Assembly (NCBI RefSeq): GCF_018977255.1
Contig: NW_024704742.1
Coordinates: 10,294,001 to 10,358,000, forward strand
DNA: 64,000 bases
Direction of reading: 5' to 3'
Source of the DNA: Callorhinchus milii
Lineage: Eukaryota
The notes beneath the pieces were generated by a model, which was not told the origin of the DNA, made no database searches, and saw only the letters and a list, made by a program, of their open reading frames with translations. This document shows, one piece after another, positions 63,848-64,000 of the stretch (within the stretch, counting starts at the first letter, position 1; each line of letters starts with the position of its first letter). The position numbers were made by a program, and so were the translations under genes.

Positions 63848-64000
63848 GAATAATCCTTGCATATGATATAGCGTCTTATCACATCATTGAGATGTTTCAA
63901 AGTGCTTTGCAGAATATATTGTAAAGTGAATTTTGGGTTGAAATGCGGCAGTCAATTGCGCACAGGAGTATTCCACAAACAGTCGTGGATTGAGTGACCA
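63848..64000 (-). mobile_element. SINE family A 3' half, running off the window edge
   Basis: ataatccttgcatatgatatagcg...aaacagtcgtggattgagtgacca. Confidence 0.85.

Noticed and set aside
1..64000. CRISPR-like or other prokaryotic system suggested by recurring ~30-nt motifs
   Set aside because: The recurring motifs are dispersed SINE/L2 tails in both orientations, with no regular repeat-spacer period and no cas-like ORFs.

Overview
Vertebrate genomic DNA, most likely from a cartilaginous fish (inferred from the SINE/L2/CR1 repertoire; species not determinable by eye). The only host protein-coding sequence I can support is the first coding exon of CSGALNACT1 (minus strand, exon 9467-8693, ATG at 9335, phase-1 donor after ...DFVEG). 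Later exons lie outside the window (below position 1). The rest is intron or upstream sequence, densely filled with retroposons: more than 30 copies or fragments of a tRNA-headed SINE, DeuSINE-like copies, a third old tRNA-SINE family, many L2 fragments, CR1 3' ends and a compound CA/GA microsatellite. Almost every other ORF in the track is L2/CR1 debris or repeat antisense. Main points of interest: (1) a TSD-flanked 3.63-kb L2 with no ORF1, whose young subfamily shares a C-terminal frameshift and a recurrent breakpoint; (2) a SINE variant carrying the L2 3' stem-loop loop; (3) inverted SINE tails closely flanking the start-codon exon (circRNA geometry); (4) a uORF and hairpin in the 5' UTR; (5) a candidate promoter/non-coding first exon near 53.5 kb; (6) a 150-bp leader shared by two SINE copies. 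No prokaryote-type system (CRISPR, operon) is present. Repeat boundaries are approximate unless a TSD or splice site is cited.
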